Both the position numbers and the translations under genes were made by a program. The notes below the pieces were generated by a model. The model worked only from the letters and a program-made list of their open reading frames with translations. It made no database searches and had not been told where the DNA came from. Below are positions 60,793-64,000 of a stretch of DNA of 64,000 nt, piece after piece (positions within the stretch are counted from its first letter, which is position 1; every line of letters begins with the position of its first letter). Location of the stretch: assembly GCA_964187785.1 (NCBI GenBank), contig OZ076409.1, forward strand, positions 31,250,001-31,314,000. The letters are read 5' to 3'. This DNA is from Amphiscolops sp. MND2022. Its lineage: Eukaryota.

Positions 60793-61937
60793 TGGAAACA
60801 AAAACGTTTTAAAATGTAACTCATTGAACAAAATTCATTAGCAGTAGTGATATTTCTGAAAGCAACAAATGGCAAGTCTGAAAATCGAATATCTCTAAAA
60901 CAACAGCGATTTCTGAAAAAAAATTATGAGGATGAAAGTTTCTTAGATTTTTATGTATGTTTATTTGAAGAATATAGGATGAAAATTTAATACCTCATGA
61001 GTTCGGTGAAATTCGGTGACGTAGGCTGATCGCCAAAGTCCACATTCTTCCTCGAAACATTGCAGGAGTTCTCCGACTTTGAAATTTTTCGAGAATGTCT
61101 GCATTGTCTGTTTCGCACTCGGTTCAAGACTCGGTACTAGTAGTGGGTTTAAGAGGACTAAATTCAGTGTCTTTGTAGTGAAATGAGACTAATATTATGT
61201 TGCTCTAAGCAAGCTAAGTTAGCAAAAAGACTTCAACTTGAACTGACTTCAACAAAAATTAGAATAACTTCAACTTAAACTTGTCACAGCCACAAAACCA
61301 AATTGTGTTAAATTGGTCCAGAATGATATACCGGCCCGCGGGCGTTAATTTGAACCAATATGGTCAAAACTTAGATTTTCGGATAATCAGTTGAATTGCA
61401 CAATGGAAAAATTAGTCTATTTAATGATGCTATTCATTACTATCCAATTTATAGTAATGAATGATGCCTCCTATGATGGGGATGACCATCATTACAAGGC
61501 CCACTTCATCCAATATTCAATCTTGGTTGAAACCTAAACCACAAAACCAAATTGGGTTAAATTGTTCCAGAGTATTTTGCCGGCCCGGGGGCGTTAATTT
61601 GAACTTGATTTTCGAATAATGATAATTATGAAGTGATTAGATAATGATGCCCCGTCCTGGCTGACTTCAAGTCACGCTGATAAGTCACGCTGATAAGTCA
61701 CGCTTTAAGTTACGCTGATTGACCATCTTACGCTGCATGACTGAAATCCATTCTACCGGGAAGTGTCTCGTAAATACATCGTAAAATCGAAAAGGGAATA
61801 AGTTTTTGAATTCATCATTTGAAATCAATTCCTCGTCAAGTTCAGACCTCAATTTTATTCAAACTTCTCAACTATATTGTTGCAACAACCAGTTTACTAA
61901 TCTCTTGAATTCGAGAATCAAACTGAAATTTTCCAAA

Positions 61938-62252
61938 ATGCTCGATGCTTCTTTTTCTCAAACAATATCTTCCCAAACTTCGGTCAACATTGCTATCGAG
62001 CAAATTATTGCCCGTCATTTGAATGATGATGGAATTGTACAAGAAGTTATCCATGAACTCGCGCCTCCTCCTGTTCTGACAAGTCAGATATCTCATCCTC
62101 ACGCTCAGGCTGATATATATGACTTCGTTCCATCGAACTCATCAATGCCAGCAATAATCGCAGAAAATCATACAGGTTCAACATTTTTTGGTACTTTAAA
62201 AAGTTTATCGGGCGCATTATACTTTTTCCCTCGGCTATGTGTCGTCTGTTGA
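61938..62252 (+). CDS. Hypothetical protein
   Basis: Open frame from ATG at 61938 with protein-like composition; no motif recognised. Confidence 0.25.
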   Translation: MLDASFSQTISSQTSVNIAIEQIIARHLNDDGIVQEVIHELAPPPVLTSQISHPHAQADIYDFVPSNSSMPAIIAENHTGSTFFGTLKSLSGALYFFPRLCVVC

Positions 62253-62983
62253 TAGTTCCAGTTACGTAGTTACACTCAGTGTCAGTAATTTAAATAATTC
62301 GAAATAAATGTCGCACTATGTCAGATAAGTTTTACGGAACAAAGTGCTCTACATAACTGGGTAGCGTTCTAAAGTATTGCAAATCCATAATAATACTTGA
62401 CTATATACCACAATAATAAGATGAATAATATCCATAATAAGTTGAATAATACTTTCTGAACAAGTTTTGGTCAAACATTTGCCGTCGAGAATGATCCTTC
62501 CGAATTAGTAATTAGTAAACTACAAAATAAACATGATTTCAGTTCAATTCGCAGTGTGTATATAACTGAAATCCTGAGTGATTTCACTGGAATAATTTTA
62601 TGCCTTGTAATGGAGCTCACACCAGGGACCAAAATTTTGAAATCAATCGTAGAACATCGAAATTGTTTTTGTGAAAAACGGATGTTTCCAACTGAGTAAA
62701 TTATTGAGCTTAACAATCAGTGTGGGATAAAAATCGTTTTTTTTAGATAACTGAATGCAATCAATTTTTTCTGAATTTCCTTGGATTTATATGCTTTCTC
62801 TTATTTAAAAAAAACAGATTGATTTCAAAAATCAATTAGGTTTCGGTAATCAAATGTTTCTTGATTGGCAGAAAATGGCATGTTTATTGTATTTAAGGTT
62901 ATCAAACTCCATCATGGAAACCCCCAGGCCCCAAAGAGCAGCTTGAAAATTCTAGTGTCCCGCTTCAAACACGCCCAGAGGGA

Positions 62984-63874
62984 TTGAATAACCCCCATTC
63001 AACACGACATCCGAACCATGCGTCATCAACGAACTTCGCCGCTCCATTGAGCCCGATCGACGCGGTCAATTCCAACGGGTGCAACTATGATTCTCCCCTC
63101 GAACTTCAGCCAGCGGCCCAGGATGCAAATGGGCGTGGTGAACTGTTGAGCGTCATGTCAAAATGGGCAGAAGGACGCTCTCATGTCGAACATCTAGTGG
63201 AAACTGACCGTGTTCCTCAAAAAGAAGGAGCCATGCTTGTGTTCCAGTCGCTCGTGATCATCTGGTGTGTCATCAACAACTACCCTGCCCGACTTCTCAA
63301 GAAGTTCACTGTGTATGACTTTGTGAACTTCGTCAAGAAAGGAAATGGTCAATATGTTTGTGCTGTGACTGATGGAAACAAGTACAAATTTAGGAGGGCT
63401 TTAAAGTTCAACGAGTTCGAGCAAAAAGTGATGACTTTCTATTTCAAACGTGTTCGCCCATTTTGGATAAATGCATTCGATGTTCTGAAAGACAGTTTTC
63501 TCACAGAACCCTTAGATTTGACTCTGCAAGAAGTAACACATTCATTTTTTTATAATTCACTAGGGAAAAAGCAATTGAATGTTACCAGAGTTTGTGAGAA
63601 CTTTCAAAACAAAATGAATGCAATCCACAGGAAGCCGAAAAGAAGACTCATCTACGAGCCAACTACAACAATTCTCGAAAATGATGGAACTGTTAGTTCA
63701 ACAGTGGAAATGATATCGCAGGAAACCAAAACGCCACCAAACAACACCCCCGATTCTGATTCAGCAGCTCAAAGACAGTTGAAGCCAGTGGAGATGACTA
63801 CGATGTCCCCGACTTCGAAAAAACAACTGTTCTACTCTAGTGATAGCTTTACCAGTCTCAATTCAGTAAATTAA
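62984..63874 (+). CDS. 296-aa ORF resembling part of a YR catalytic domain without catalytic residues
   Basis: IIWCVINNYPARLLKKFTVYDF, YFKRVRP and FFYNSLGK follow the order of YR box I and later segments; no box I Arg and no downstream R, H, Y motifs; start codon uncertain. Confidence 0.45.
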   Translation: MNNPHSTRHPNHASSTNFAAPLSPIDAVNSNGCNYDSPLELQPAAQDANGRGELLSVMSKWAEGRSHVEHLVETDRVPQKEGAMLVFQSLVIIWCVINNYPARLLKKFTVYDFVNFVKKGNGQYVCAVTDGNKYKFRRALKFNEFEQKVMTFYFKRVRPFWINAFDVLKDSFLTEPLDLTLQEVTHSFFYNSLGKKQLNVTRVCENFQNKMNAIHRKPKRRLIYEPTTTILENDGTVSSTVEMISQETKTPPNNTPDSDSAAQRQLKPVEMTTMSPTSKKQLFYSSDSFTSLNSVN

Positions 63875-63890
63875 ATCTTTTAGTATCCAT

Positions 63891-63982
63891 CATTACGATA
63901 CACGTACCGGTAAGCTGCTGTCAGTCAAGCAGCGCAATCTGAGTAAAATGGTAAAAGGGTCATTCAGCGTAAGTTAGTCAAG
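63891..63982. mobile_element. Second left end of the CATTACG TIR element
   Basis: Near-identical to 54737-54829. Confidence 0.75.
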
Positions 63983-64000
63983 TATGGAGTAGAACAGATG

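Noticed and set aside
61291..61720. Local duplication (61291-61390 vs 61539-61620) and GTCACGCTGATAA repeated 3-4 times
   Set aside because: Real but short, with no function I can support

Overview
Eukaryotic, animal-type, AT-rich and repeat-dense DNA with spliceosomal introns, an N gap (40169-40368) and no ordinary host gene I can recognise. The main result is two related tyrosine-recombinase (YR) elements, each inserted in phase into a long (TAC)n microsatellite and bounded by short imperfect inverted termini. Element A (32692-38787, 6.1 kb) has one intact intronless ORF: PR-Set7/KMT5A-like SET, repeats, Cys/His zinc-finger-like region, YR and a C-terminal helical domain. Element B (15229-31605, 16.4 kb) has a spliced, disrupted homologue whose SET domain is SUV4-20/KMT5B-C-like instead. 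B also carries a divergent JmjC gene, a spliced RING gene remnant, a small RVxF-motif ORF and an element-specific ~183-bp repeat. The window further holds a decayed Ty3/Gypsy element in two permuted halves split by a TIR element, and a ~177-bp satellite that switches from an 8-mer to a 5-mer higher-order repeat. MITEs, many long palindromes and an apparently inactive YR-like ORF complete it. Protein family calls come from motif reading by eye, not from database searches.
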